Part shown: in pieces, positions 37,487 to 46,318 of the stretch
How positions within the stretch are numbered: the stretch's first letter is position 1
Layout of the letters: each line of letters starts with the position of its first letter
Assembly: GCA_963703265.1 (NCBI GenBank)
Contig: OY969806.1
Span: forward strand, 722,407 to 786,406
DNA: 64,000 nt
Reading direction: 5' to 3'
Source: an uncultured bacterium
GTDB taxonomy: Bacteria > Babelota > Babeliae > Babelales > Vermiphilaceae
Made by a program: the position numbers and the translations under genes
The notes under the pieces: model-generated
The model's input: only the letters and a program-made list of their open reading frames with translations
Told to the model about the DNA's origin: nothing
The model's database searches: none

Positions 37487-39058
37487 ATGCGTTTTTTTAA
37501 TACCGCAGGTCCTGTTAATCCTAAAGATCATTATTATGTACCTCATCGGTTAAATGAAGCTGAAATGAGGCAGCTTATTGATCAGAAAAAATATTTCATT
37601 TTACATGCACCTCGTCAGAGCGGAAAAACTACCGCAATTAATGCCTTTATTAAGCAATTGAATGATTCTGACAATTATAGTGCTTTATATATTAATGTAG
37701 AACCTGCTCAAACAGCACGTAGCAATGTTGAAAAAGGCTTGTTTACTATTCTTAATATTATTAAAGCACGAGCACATAAGGCATTTTCAGACAAGATGTT
37801 CATTTTTTTTGATAAAATTACTGCTGCAGAAATATCGGGAAATAGTCTCTTTGAATGTTTGGAATATTTGTCAATAAATATGAGTAAGCCAATAATATTA
37901 TTTATTGATGAAATTGATTCGCTTGTTGGTGATACATTGATTTCTGTTTTACGTCAATTGCGTGCAGGTTATCCCGAACGACCGGATAGTTTTCCACAGT
38001 CAGTATGTCTTATTGGAGTTCGTGATGTGCGTGATTATCGCATTTGGTCTGAATCAGAGCATAATATGATATTGGGGGGCAGTGCATTTAATATAAAGGC
38101 AGAAAGTTTAACGCTGCCTGATTTTTCATTAGATCAATTACGCGATTTATATGAACAACATACTCAAGAAACTGGTCAACAATTTACTAACGATGCAATA
38201 GAATATGCATTTTATTTAACACAAGGCCAGCCATGGCTTGTTAACGCACTTGCATATCAAGCATGTTTTGTAGATGTGCCTGATTGTAGTCAGCCGATTA
38301 CTAAAGATATTATTGAACGCGCAAAAGAAACGCTTATTAAGCGGTGTGATACGCACATTGATCAGCTTATTTATAAATTACAAGAACCGCGCGTCCGTAT
38401 GATTATTGATGCCATTATTGGTGGACAAAGTGATTTAACAACATTTCCTTCTGATGATGTTCAATACGTAAGAGATTTGGGATTAATAAAACTAAATAAT
38501 TTTGATATTGCTAATCCTATTTATCAAGAAATTATTCCACGAGCACTTGCACAAATTACACAAGAACGAATCAGAGAATCAGCCGTTTTTTACCAAAATC
38601 CTGATGGTTCACTTAATATGCACAAATTATTGGAAAAATTCACCCATTTTTATCGTGAAAATTCGGCTACATGGCTTGCAGATTTTCAATACAAAGAATC
38701 AGGGCCGCATTTATTAATGATGGCTTTTTTGCAGCGAGTGATTAACGGCCTGTCCGCCGAAGCCTTGGCGAAGGAGGAAGGTGGAACGATTCATCGTGAA
38801 TATGCACTTGATCGTAAACGAGTTGATTTGCTTTTGCATTGGCATAAGCAGCGCATTGTTATTGAATTAAAAGTAAGGCGTGGCAATAAAACATTAGAAG
38901 AAGGATTGCTTCAAACAGCTGAATATATGGATATTGCCAACGCAACTGAAGGGCACTTAGTTATTTTTGATCCTATTTCAACAAAATCATGGGATGAAAA
39001 AATTTTTACTCAACAGCATGTTGTTCGTAAATATACAATTACTGTTTGGGGTATGTAA
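37487..39058 (+). CDS. AAA-type ATPase fused to a C-terminal PD-(D/E)XK nuclease-like domain, copy 1
   Basis: MRFFNTAGPVNPKDHYYVP, Walker A HAPRQSGKTT, Walker B ILFIDEIDSL, C-terminal RVDLLL...IVIELKV (D...ExK). Confidence 0.8.
   Translation: MRFFNTAGPVNPKDHYYVPHRLNEAEMRQLIDQKKYFILHAPRQSGKTTAINAFIKQLNDSDNYSALYINVEPAQTARSNVEKGLFTILNIIKARAHKAFSDKMFIFFDKITAAEISGNSLFECLEYLSINMSKPIILFIDEIDSLVGDTLISVLRQLRAGYPERPDSFPQSVCLIGVRDVRDYRIWSESEHNMILGGSAFNIKAESLTLPDFSLDQLRDLYEQHTQETGQQFTNDAIEYAFYLTQGQPWLVNALAYQACFVDVPDCSQPITKDIIERAKETLIKRCDTHIDQLIYKLQEPRVRMIIDAIIGGQSDLTTFPSDDVQYVRDLGLIKLNNFDIANPIYQEIIPRALAQITQERIRESAVFYQNPDGSLNMHKLLEKFTHFYRENSATWLADFQYKESGPHLLMMAFLQRVINGLSAEALAKEEGGTIHREYALDRKRVDLLLHWHKQRIVIELKVRRGNKTLEEGLLQTAEYMDIANATEGHLVIFDPISTKSWDEKIFTQQHVVRKYTITVWGM
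38750..38779 (+). repeat. In-frame 30-nt GC-rich palindromic insertion (LSAEALAKEE)
   Basis: ctgtCCGCCgaaGCCttGGCgaaGGAGGaa. Present at the same codon in copy 2 and absent from copy 3 (INGGGKIH versus ING-LSAEALAKEE-GGTIH). Confidence 0.75.
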
Positions 39059-39941
39059 AACGCTTCTTTTTATTTTTTGAAGTAAAAAAACTCATTTTTT
39101 TAGATATAAGAATCTCTAATTGTTTGAATGCGCGTTGGTAATCAAGTAGTTTTTTTTGATTTTTTGCGCCAATATAATGATATCCTAAATAGGGAATGCC
39201 GCGTTCTTTGCATGCTTGTGCAATTGAACACAGTGCATCATAAGTATCATCAATTGAAATGATTAACAAAAGTTTGGATTCAAGAGAATCAATAAAGGCA
39301 CCCAAAACTAAACCTTTTGGTTGTTGATTGGCGCAAAGAATTCCTTTATAGAGTATTGGATAGACTCCTCTACGCATAGGAAGTTGATTAAATACACGAT
39401 CATCAAATGCTGAGAATGTTATTTCCATTGATGCGAGCATATTATATCGCCATTCAGGCATACTTGATATTATTCCCCAAGCTCCAGATTCCATTGACGT
39501 TAAACCAATTACAGAGCATTGTTTTTTTAATATATTGATTAATGGTACAACGGCTTGTTCAGTTAATCGACGTGGTGAATGAGTAAATAGCAAGCTTGTA
39601 ACATATTCATAACTCATCAATAATGATGGGTGATACAATAAGAAGCGTAGCCAAAATGCTAAGGGGATACCATAGCCAAGTATTGTAGAATCTTTATCAG
39701 TAATTAATGTGTCGTCAATGTCAAAGGTGATAAGGGTATCTGGTTTTATTGCATTGAAATCAATTTCATTAAATGACACAATTGACTTAATATTATTTGG
39801 CTGGTCATAAATACATCCAACAATAAAAATCAAACAAATAATACTTAAAAATAGACTTAGATATGATCGATTATGTAAGAAAGAGATTTTCATTTTAATC
39901 TGCATAAAATATATTGTTGGGGAGTAATTATTTATTTTCAT
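39039..39941 (-). CDS. HAD-superfamily (DUF2608-like) lipoprotein/secreted protein
   Basis: DxDxT motif ITFDIDDTLIT, later SIDDT. Lipobox-like IFIVGC. Alternative starts at 39905 and 39893. The 3' end overlaps convergent copy 1 by 20 nt. Confidence 0.5.
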   Translation of the reverse strand: MKINNYSPTIYFMQIKMKISFLHNRSYLSLFLSIICLIFIVGCIYDQPNNIKSIVSFNEIDFNAIKPDTLITFDIDDTLITDKDSTILGYGIPLAFWLRFLLYHPSLLMSYEYVTSLLFTHSPRRLTEQAVVPLINILKKQCSVIGLTSMESGAWGIISSMPEWRYNMLASMEITFSAFDDRVFNQLPMRRGVYPILYKGILCANQQPKGLVLGAFIDSLESKLLLIISIDDTYDALCSIAQACKERGIPYLGYHYIGAKNQKKLLDYQRAFKQLEILISKKMSFFTSKNKKKRFTYPKQ

Positions 39942-39949
39942 AATAATAT

Positions 39950-40109
39950 CTTAAATGCTAAGAAAAGACAGAGGTTATAATAAAATGAAGCAAAAAATAA
40001 GCAGTTATGTTGCACGACTTCTTTTTTTATAGGCATAAGAGAAGATAAGAGATATCTATTTTTTGTGAATAATTATTGATGCAAGGTAAATATTATGCAT
40101 TTTTTTAAT
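39950..40109 (+). pseudogene. Relic of the upstream region plus the first 5 codons (ATGCATTTTTTTAAT) of a fourth ATPase/nuclease gene
   Basis: Aligns with 42819..42979 and partly with 37415..37501. Homology stops after MHFFN. Confidence 0.75.
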
Positions 40110-40189
40110 TATATTCGATTGACTTTTTTTCTATTTGCTATAAGCTTATATGATATAATATTGATAATTTACGAATAGAAAAATAAGGA

Positions 40190-41122
40190 ATGATTAAAGA
40201 TGAAAAATTTATTAAAGAAACAAAGTGCTTGGTGGGTTTTTTTTATTGTATTAGTAGGGTTATATGTACCTTATATCCTGCTATTGAGCTTAGAGAGGCA
40301 TGGAACTCGCAAAAATCAGTGGCTATTTTATTAACAGGTACTGGATCATCAGGTAAATCATCTACGACGCGATCTATTGAAAAACAGAGTGGCGACAGCT
40401 ACAAAGTAATAAATATAGATGATTTTATTGATGGTAATGATTGGGAAAATATAAAGAAACAATTAGCGGTAGAATGGGGATGGAATGAAGTTGATGGAAT
40501 TGATCTGGGCGATTTTATAGGAAATTATCTTGATCAAGCAAATAGAGAAGAGGATAGGAAAAAATTTGATGATGCATTGCAAAATGGGGCAGTTCAATAT
40601 TGTCGAAATAAAGTAGAATCAAGTAAAAAGGTTGTGATTGATACAGTGCAGCCTTATTTTTATCATAATTTTTCTACTATTGTTTCTAATAGTTTGCCGG
40701 TTAAGGTATTATTATATTGTCCCTTATCAATAATTGGAGAACGTATTGCAAGCCGCAATCTTTTAGAGGACAGCAATGAACATCGAGATGTATGGTGTCC
40801 CTTTTTAGCATTTACTGTTATTTATAAAATTCAAGAATTTGATGATGAAATTGTGGTAGATAGAATTGTGTATAGTGATCAGTTAAAACAATTATTATTG
40901 GATAGTGTAGATATGGTGAAAAAATTTCATTTTTCAACATATGATAGCCCAGAAGAGTTAGCTAGTTTTGAAAATTTTTATGCAAAATTTTTACAAAAAT
41001 TGGAAGAACAAAAAGAGGTTGTTATTGTGCTTCGATGGCATTGTGATTTAGTGGTTAATACAGGTATTAATTCACCTGATGAAGTGGCAAAAATAATAAT
41101 TGATTATGTTGCGAATCTTTAA
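40190..41122 (+). CDS. CPT-like P-loop kinase family protein
   Basis: Walker A ILLTGTGSSGKSSTTRSI, close to the chloramphenicol phosphotransferase-like GGSSSGKS signature. Lies 81 nt downstream of the relic. Confidence 0.5.
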   Translation: MIKDEKFIKETKCLVGFFYCISRVICTLYPAIELREAWNSQKSVAILLTGTGSSGKSSTTRSIEKQSGDSYKVINIDDFIDGNDWENIKKQLAVEWGWNEVDGIDLGDFIGNYLDQANREEDRKKFDDALQNGAVQYCRNKVESSKKVVIDTVQPYFYHNFSTIVSNSLPVKVLLYCPLSIIGERIASRNLLEDSNEHRDVWCPFLAFTVIYKIQEFDDEIVVDRIVYSDQLKQLLLDSVDMVKKFHFSTYDSPEELASFENFYAKFLQKLEEQKEVVIVLRWHCDLVVNTGINSPDEVAKIIIDYVANL

Positions 41123-41138
41123 AAATAATTAAATTTTT

Positions 41139-41783
41139 TTATAACATCATAATAACCCAGTCTATATTACCTATCATATGTAGTAAAATAGCAAGATCAA
41201 TTCTTTGGCAATAAAGCGTGATAATTGATTGCATTAATCCAAAATTAAAATGACTAAGGAATTTGCGTGCATGTTGTTGCCAAGAGACTATGCCGGTAAG
41301 GCTTTCGCTCGTAAACCAATGACTTAAAGAAAAAGTAATTGAGCTCAGAATGATTAATGTAATAATTGTTTTTTTGTGAGTATTGGCAATATTAATTAAA
41401 AATCCACGTGCGCTAAATTCTTCAAGAAGAGGAATGAAAATCATTGCCGTGGAAATTGATTGCAAGAATGGATTCCCTGAAACAAGTAAAAATGATCCAA
41501 TGATAAAGTAGAGAACTATGTATATTATTATTGTATTGCAATGGTATCCGCATAAGGTAAATGTATGTTTTTGGTAAAAGGATTTTCCAAATATAAACAA
41601 AGGAAAACCTAAAAAAATGATTCCTTTTATAAGCCATGCTTCAAGTTCTGATTGGAAGTAGTAATAAAAAAAATGATAAGGGAATAAGGCGTGACATGCG
41701 CCAAGAGCGAGTGGCATCAGCCACATGCAATACGTATTAATCATTTGCTTTGTCATAATTTTTCCTTCATTTTTATAGCTCAT
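41139..41783 (-). CDS. CPBP family intramembrane glutamic endopeptidase (CAAX protease/Abi-like)
   Basis: Motif 1 EEFSARGF (EExxxR), FSLSHW, HMIGN. Six or more TM helices. Confidence 0.75.
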   Translation of the reverse strand: MSYKNEGKIMTKQMINTYCMWLMPLALGACHALFPYHFFYYYFQSELEAWLIKGIIFLGFPLFIFGKSFYQKHTFTLCGYHCNTIIIYIVLYFIIGSFLLVSGNPFLQSISTAMIFIPLLEEFSARGFLINIANTHKKTIITLIILSSITFSLSHWFTSESLTGIVSWQQHARKFLSHFNFGLMQSIITLYCQRIDLAILLHMIGNIDWVIMML

Positions 41784-42718
41784 CTATATTCATATAAAAC
41801 ATATTTGCCATCATCACTTGTGCCGTCACCTATTTTAATGAATCCAATTTTATCATAAAAATGTAAAGCTTTTTTATTTTTAATAAGACATTTTAATTTC
41901 CAGGGAAGTGGTAGCCATGCAGTTAGGCTTTGTATTAAAAGAGTTCCGATGCCTTGTTTTTGATGATGAGGAGAAATAAAGAGATGATGAATGAAAGAAT
42001 CCTTCTCCCAAATAGATATAAGCCCCAGAATTGTTTTATGTTGATCTTCTGCCAACATAATTACTTCACCTTTTGTTTGTATATAAAAATCTTCAAGTTT
42101 AAATTTTGTTTGATCTTCCCAGGTGAATGCAGAGCGACGAGATTCTAAAAAAAGACTTGCTAGAGATGGCATATCATTTGGTTGAGCCTGGCGAATGGAA
42201 ATAAACATATTTTTTTTGTCGTTTTTTTTAGTTGTGATCCATGAAATAAATTGGGTTGCAATGTTTTCAGAGGTAATATTAATATCTTCTACAATAAGGC
42301 TATTTTTTTGTTGTTTGACCTCCGCTTCAAGAAGATGCGCCCAGTTAATATTGTCAACGATAAGTTGTTCATTCCATCCTCGTTCTTGAAGGCGATTTTT
42401 TATAGTAACTTCATCTATTTTTATAAACCCAAAAAATGGTGATATAGGTAAGTTATTATTATCTATTACTTGTAGCACTTCTGATGGAACTGATACGCCA
42501 CAGAGAATAGTTGTTTTTTGTTGCTTATTGTTTTCAATTGCTTTATTAAGCCAGAAAGAGGTTGTTGCAATTCTCCATGCTCTGTCTGCATCTGTCGGAA
42601 CTCCATTTTCATCAAAATCATATATTGCATAATACTCGGATGATAATGATGATCTAAGGTGGTGCATTAAGGTTGTTTTTCCAGCTCCGCTTGTGCCGGT
42701 AATAAAAAAAATATTCAT
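41780..42718 (-). CDS. P-loop NTPase/kinase fused to a GNAT N-acetyltransferase
   Basis: MNIFFITGTSGAGKTTL at the ATG at 42718 (the track starts at a TTG at 42739). C-terminal GNAT motif A HQKQGIGTLLIQSL. Its stop overlaps the CPBP start as ATGA. Confidence 0.7.
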   Translation of the reverse strand: MNIFFITGTSGAGKTTLMHHLRSSLSSEYYAIYDFDENGVPTDADRAWRIATTSFWLNKAIENNKQQKTTILCGVSVPSEVLQVIDNNNLPISPFFGFIKIDEVTIKNRLQERGWNEQLIVDNINWAHLLEAEVKQQKNSLIVEDINITSENIATQFISWITTKKNDKKNMFISIRQAQPNDMPSLASLFLESRRSAFTWEDQTKFKLEDFYIQTKGEVIMLAEDQHKTILGLISIWEKDSFIHHLFISPHHQKQGIGTLLIQSLTAWLPLPWKLKCLIKNKKALHFYDKIGFIKIGDGTSDDGKYVLYEYR

Positions 42719-42818
42719 TAATATGGTGTCTATAAACAAACTGTGTCCTACAATAAGAAAGAAGGAATGGATGAATTGTTTTATTTTTCATTATAATTAT
42801 TTTTCCTTCCTAATATAC

Positions 42819-42964
42819 CTTAAATATCAAAAAATGACAGAAATTTTAACAAAATGTAGCAAAAAATAAGTAGTTATGTTGCACGACTTGTTTTTTTTAT
42901 AGGCTTAAGGGAAAATGGGAGGTATCTATTTTTTGTAAGTAATTATTGATGTAAGGAAAATATT
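42819..42964 (+). promoter_or_regulatory. Conserved upstream region of the ATPase/nuclease genes (shared with 39950..40094 and 37415..37486)
   Basis: Three-way alignment by eye: ...ttatgttgcacgactt-T8-ataggc(a/t)taag...tatctattttttgt.a.taattattgatg.aagg.aaatatt-ATG. Confidence 0.6.
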
Positions 42965-44539
42965 ATGCGTTTTTTTAATACAGCGGGTCCCATTAATCCA
43001 AAAAATCACTATTATGTACCACATCGATTGAATGAGCAAGAAATGTATCAATTAATAGATCAAGCAAAATATTTTATTTTACATGCACCACGTCAGAGTG
43101 GAAAAACAACAGCAATTAATATGTTTGTTGAGCAATTGAATGCTGCTAATAAATATAAAGCATTATATGTTAATGTAGAACCTGCTCAGATAGCACGAGG
43201 TAATGTAGAAAAAGGCATGGAAATTTTTTTACGAGAATTACGCGAATGGGCAACTATTTTACTTTCATTAGATGATCCTATCTTTGAATATGTGCGAAAA
43301 GGATTAGAGCATTTATCAGGGAGTAGTTTAAAAGAAGTCTTGCAGGCTTGGTGTATTGCTTCGGATAAACCAATTCTTCTTTTTGTTGATGAAATAGATT
43401 CCTTGGTAGGTGATACATTAATTTCTATTTTACGTCAATTGCGTGCAGGATATCCTAATCGTCCGAAATCATTTCCACAATCAGTATGTTTATTTGGAGT
43501 TCGCGATGTTCGTGATTATCGCATTTGGTCGGAATCAGAGCATCATATGATATTGGGTGGCAGTGCATTTAATATAAAGGCAGAAAGTTTAACTATATCA
43601 AATTTTTCATTAGAACAATTGCGTGATTTATATGAACAGCATACTCAAGAAACTGATCAAAAATTTACTGATGAGGCAATTGAGTATGCGTTTTATTTGA
43701 CGCAAGGGCAGCCTTGGTTAGCAAATGCACTTGCATATCAAGCATGCTTTGTTGATGTGACTGATCGTAGTCAGCCGATTACGAAAGATGTTATTGAACG
43801 TGCAAAAGAAACTCTCATTAAGCGATGTGATACTCATATTGATCAACTTATTCATAAACTACAAGAGCCACGTGTTCGTACAATTATTGATGCTATTATT
43901 GGTGGACAAAGCGATTTAACAACATTTCCTTCTGATGATGTTCAGTATGTAAGAGATTTGGGTTTGATAAAACCAAATAGTTTTGATATTGCCAATCCTA
44001 TTTATCAAGAAATTATTCCACGAGCGCTTGCGCAGACTACACAAGAACGAATAAGAGAATCAGCCTTATTTTACCAAAATGCTGATGGCTCACTTAATAT
44101 GCAGAAATTGCTTGAAAAATTCACTCATTTTTATCGTGAAAATTCAGCGACATGGCTTGCAGATTTTCAATATAAAGAATCAGGACCTCATTTATTAATG
44201 ATGGCTTTTTTGCAGCGAGTGATTAACGGCCTGTCCGCCGAAGCCTTGGCGAAGGAGGAAGGTGGAACGATTCATCGTGAATATGCGCTTGATCGTAAAC
44301 GAGTTGATTTGCTTTTGCATTGGCATACGCAGCGCATTGTTATTGAATTAAAAGTAAAGCGTGGCAATAAAACATTAGAAGAAGGACTGCTTCAAACAGC
44401 TGAATATATGGATATTGCCAATGCGACTGAAGGGCACTTAGTTATTTTTGATCCTATTTCAACAAAATCATGGGATGAAAAAATTTTTACTCAACAGCAT
44501 GTTGTTGGTAAATATACAATTACTGTTTGGGGTATGTAA
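42965..44539 (+). CDS. AAA-type ATPase + PD-(D/E)XK nuclease-like protein, copy 2
   Basis: Same architecture as copy 1. The C-terminal ~390 aa are at least ~90% identical to copy 1. Confidence 0.8.
   Translation: MRFFNTAGPINPKNHYYVPHRLNEQEMYQLIDQAKYFILHAPRQSGKTTAINMFVEQLNAANKYKALYVNVEPAQIARGNVEKGMEIFLRELREWATILLSLDDPIFEYVRKGLEHLSGSSLKEVLQAWCIASDKPILLFVDEIDSLVGDTLISILRQLRAGYPNRPKSFPQSVCLFGVRDVRDYRIWSESEHHMILGGSAFNIKAESLTISNFSLEQLRDLYEQHTQETDQKFTDEAIEYAFYLTQGQPWLANALAYQACFVDVTDRSQPITKDVIERAKETLIKRCDTHIDQLIHKLQEPRVRTIIDAIIGGQSDLTTFPSDDVQYVRDLGLIKPNSFDIANPIYQEIIPRALAQTTQERIRESALFYQNADGSLNMQKLLEKFTHFYRENSATWLADFQYKESGPHLLMMAFLQRVINGLSAEALAKEEGGTIHREYALDRKRVDLLLHWHTQRIVIELKVKRGNKTLEEGLLQTAEYMDIANATEGHLVIFDPISTKSWDEKIFTQQHVVGKYTITVWGM
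44231..44260 (+). repeat. Same in-frame GC-rich palindromic insertion as 38750..38779
   Basis: Identical 30-mer at the homologous codon. Confidence 0.75.
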
Positions 44540-44549
44540 TTTCCATCAT

Positions 44550-45998
44550 TTAATATCCAACAGGTGTTTTAGTATGCCAATCAGTTTCTTGTTGATATGC
44601 ATGTCCAACTTGATACAACAATTCCTCTGATAACTTAGGCCCAACAATTTGTAATCCTATTGGTAAGTTGTTGCTACTCATACCACATGGCAGTGCAAGA
44701 GAAGTAATACCTGCCAAATTCATTGCACAGGTAAAATAGTCTTGGAGATCGAGTTGTAATTTATTATTCGCAAATTCTCCAAATTTAAATGCAGGAGCAG
44801 GATGTATTGGCATTAGAAGTATATCAATATTGGTGAACGCTTGTGCAAATTCATGACTAATTAATCGTTGAACTTTTTGTGCATTATTATAAAATTGTCC
44901 CGCATGACCAGCAGAAAGAACATAGTTACCCACTAAAATACGAGCTCGTACTTCCTCTCCAAATCCATCATGTCGGGTGCTGCCATACATTTTGGCAAGT
45001 GTTGTGGCCTTTTTATTGCGAAGTCCGTATCGTACGCCATCAAAGCGTGCTAAATTTGATGCAGCTTCGGCTCGACTTAAAATAAAATAGGTTGCCGCGG
45101 CATAATCAAGTGTCGGTAATGATATATGTTTAATGGATGCACCATTTTTTTCGAATATTTTAATTGCTGTTTTTATAGCATTAACAATTTCTGTTTCTAC
45201 GCCATCGGCGTGAAGTGCATTTTCAACAACGCCAATACGCAGGTTTTTTGGTAAAATACCCGTCAAATTTTGGGTATAATCTTTTTTTTCTACTTGTTGC
45301 ATTGATGCATCTTTATTATCTTTGCCCGCAATAACGGAAAGTACGCGTGCGTTATCATAGACGGTGCGTGCTATAATGCCGATTTGATCAAGAGATGATC
45401 CATAGGCAACAAGCCCATAGCGAGAAACGAGGCCATAGGTTGGTTTTAGTCCAACAACGCCACATAAGGCAGAAGGTTGATTGACCGACCCACCAGTTTC
45501 TGAGCCGAGTGCCCAGGGCACTAATCCTGCCGCAACTGCTGCAGCAGATCCACCACTCGATCCGCCGGGTACGCGTGATACATCCCATGGGTTATGTGTT
45601 TTTTGAAAAGCTGAAGTTTCTGTTGAACTTCCCATGGCAAATTCATCCATGTTTGCGCGACCAATGAGTAATGCACCTGCGTTTTTAAGGCGAGTAATTG
45701 CAGTTGCATCGTAAGTTGCAACAAAATTTTCAAGAATTTTTGATGCACATGAAGTAATTCGGCCTTCTTGGCAAATATTATCTTTAATAAGACCGGGAAT
45801 TCCGTAAAGCTGTGTGCCTTGCACTGAAGTATGTCGTAAAATTGAATCTTTATCAAAAATTTCTAATGCCGAACCGATAGCGCCATCAAAAGCTTCGAAT
45901 CGTTTAATATAAAATTTAAGAATTTCTTCTTTTGAAATTTCTTTTTTGGCAAGTTTTTGTTCTAATTCACGGATAGTGATAAATGGAGTGAGGCTCAT
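44550..45998 (-). CDS. gatA: Glu/Asp-tRNA amidotransferase subunit A
   Basis: Amidase signature [14 protein letters not shown]. Lies directly downstream of gatC. Confidence 0.95.
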   Translation of the reverse strand: MSLTPFITIRELEQKLAKKEISKEEILKFYIKRFEAFDGAIGSALEIFDKDSILRHTSVQGTQLYGIPGLIKDNICQEGRITSCASKILENFVATYDATAITRLKNAGALLIGRANMDEFAMGSSTETSAFQKTHNPWDVSRVPGGSSGGSAAAVAAGLVPWALGSETGGSVNQPSALCGVVGLKPTYGLVSRYGLVAYGSSLDQIGIIARTVYDNARVLSVIAGKDNKDASMQQVEKKDYTQNLTGILPKNLRIGVVENALHADGVETEIVNAIKTAIKIFEKNGASIKHISLPTLDYAAATYFILSRAEAASNLARFDGVRYGLRNKKATTLAKMYGSTRHDGFGEEVRARILVGNYVLSAGHAGQFYNNAQKVQRLISHEFAQAFTNIDILLMPIHPAPAFKFGEFANNKLQLDLQDYFTCAMNLAGITSLALPCGMSSNNLPIGLQIVGPKLSEELLYQVGHAYQQETDWHTKTPVGY

Positions 45999-46019
45999 TT
46001 TTTTCCTTTTGTTGTTATT

Positions 46020-46307
46020 TTATTGGCCGGGTTCGATAATGACAGGAACAATGAAAAAATCACCTTCGCGTTCTGGAGCTTGTGCAAGAATTGGGTGCGG
46101 ATCTGTTGGGATAACAATATCATCACGTTCAATATTATTATTTTTGGGCGAGTGAGCAGTTATATCTTTTGCAATATCTTGAACACGTATAGCATAATTG
46201 AGAACCGCTTCAAGATGTTTTGTTACCGATATTATTTCTTCTTCAGTTAAGTCAATGAGTGATAATCGTGCAATTTTTTCAACTTCTTCTTTAGTAATGC
46301 GTCTCAT
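46020..46307 (-). CDS. gatC: Glu/Asp-tRNA amidotransferase subunit C
   Basis: MRRITKEEVEKIARLSLIDLTEEE. Start moved to the ATG at 46307 so it no longer overlaps the MATE gene. Confidence 0.9.
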   Translation of the reverse strand: MRRITKEEVEKIARLSLIDLTEEEIISVTKHLEAVLNYAIRVQDIAKDITAHSPKNNNIERDDIVIPTDPHPILAQAPEREGDFFIVPVIIEPGQ

Positions 46308-46318
46308 AATATTTTTCC

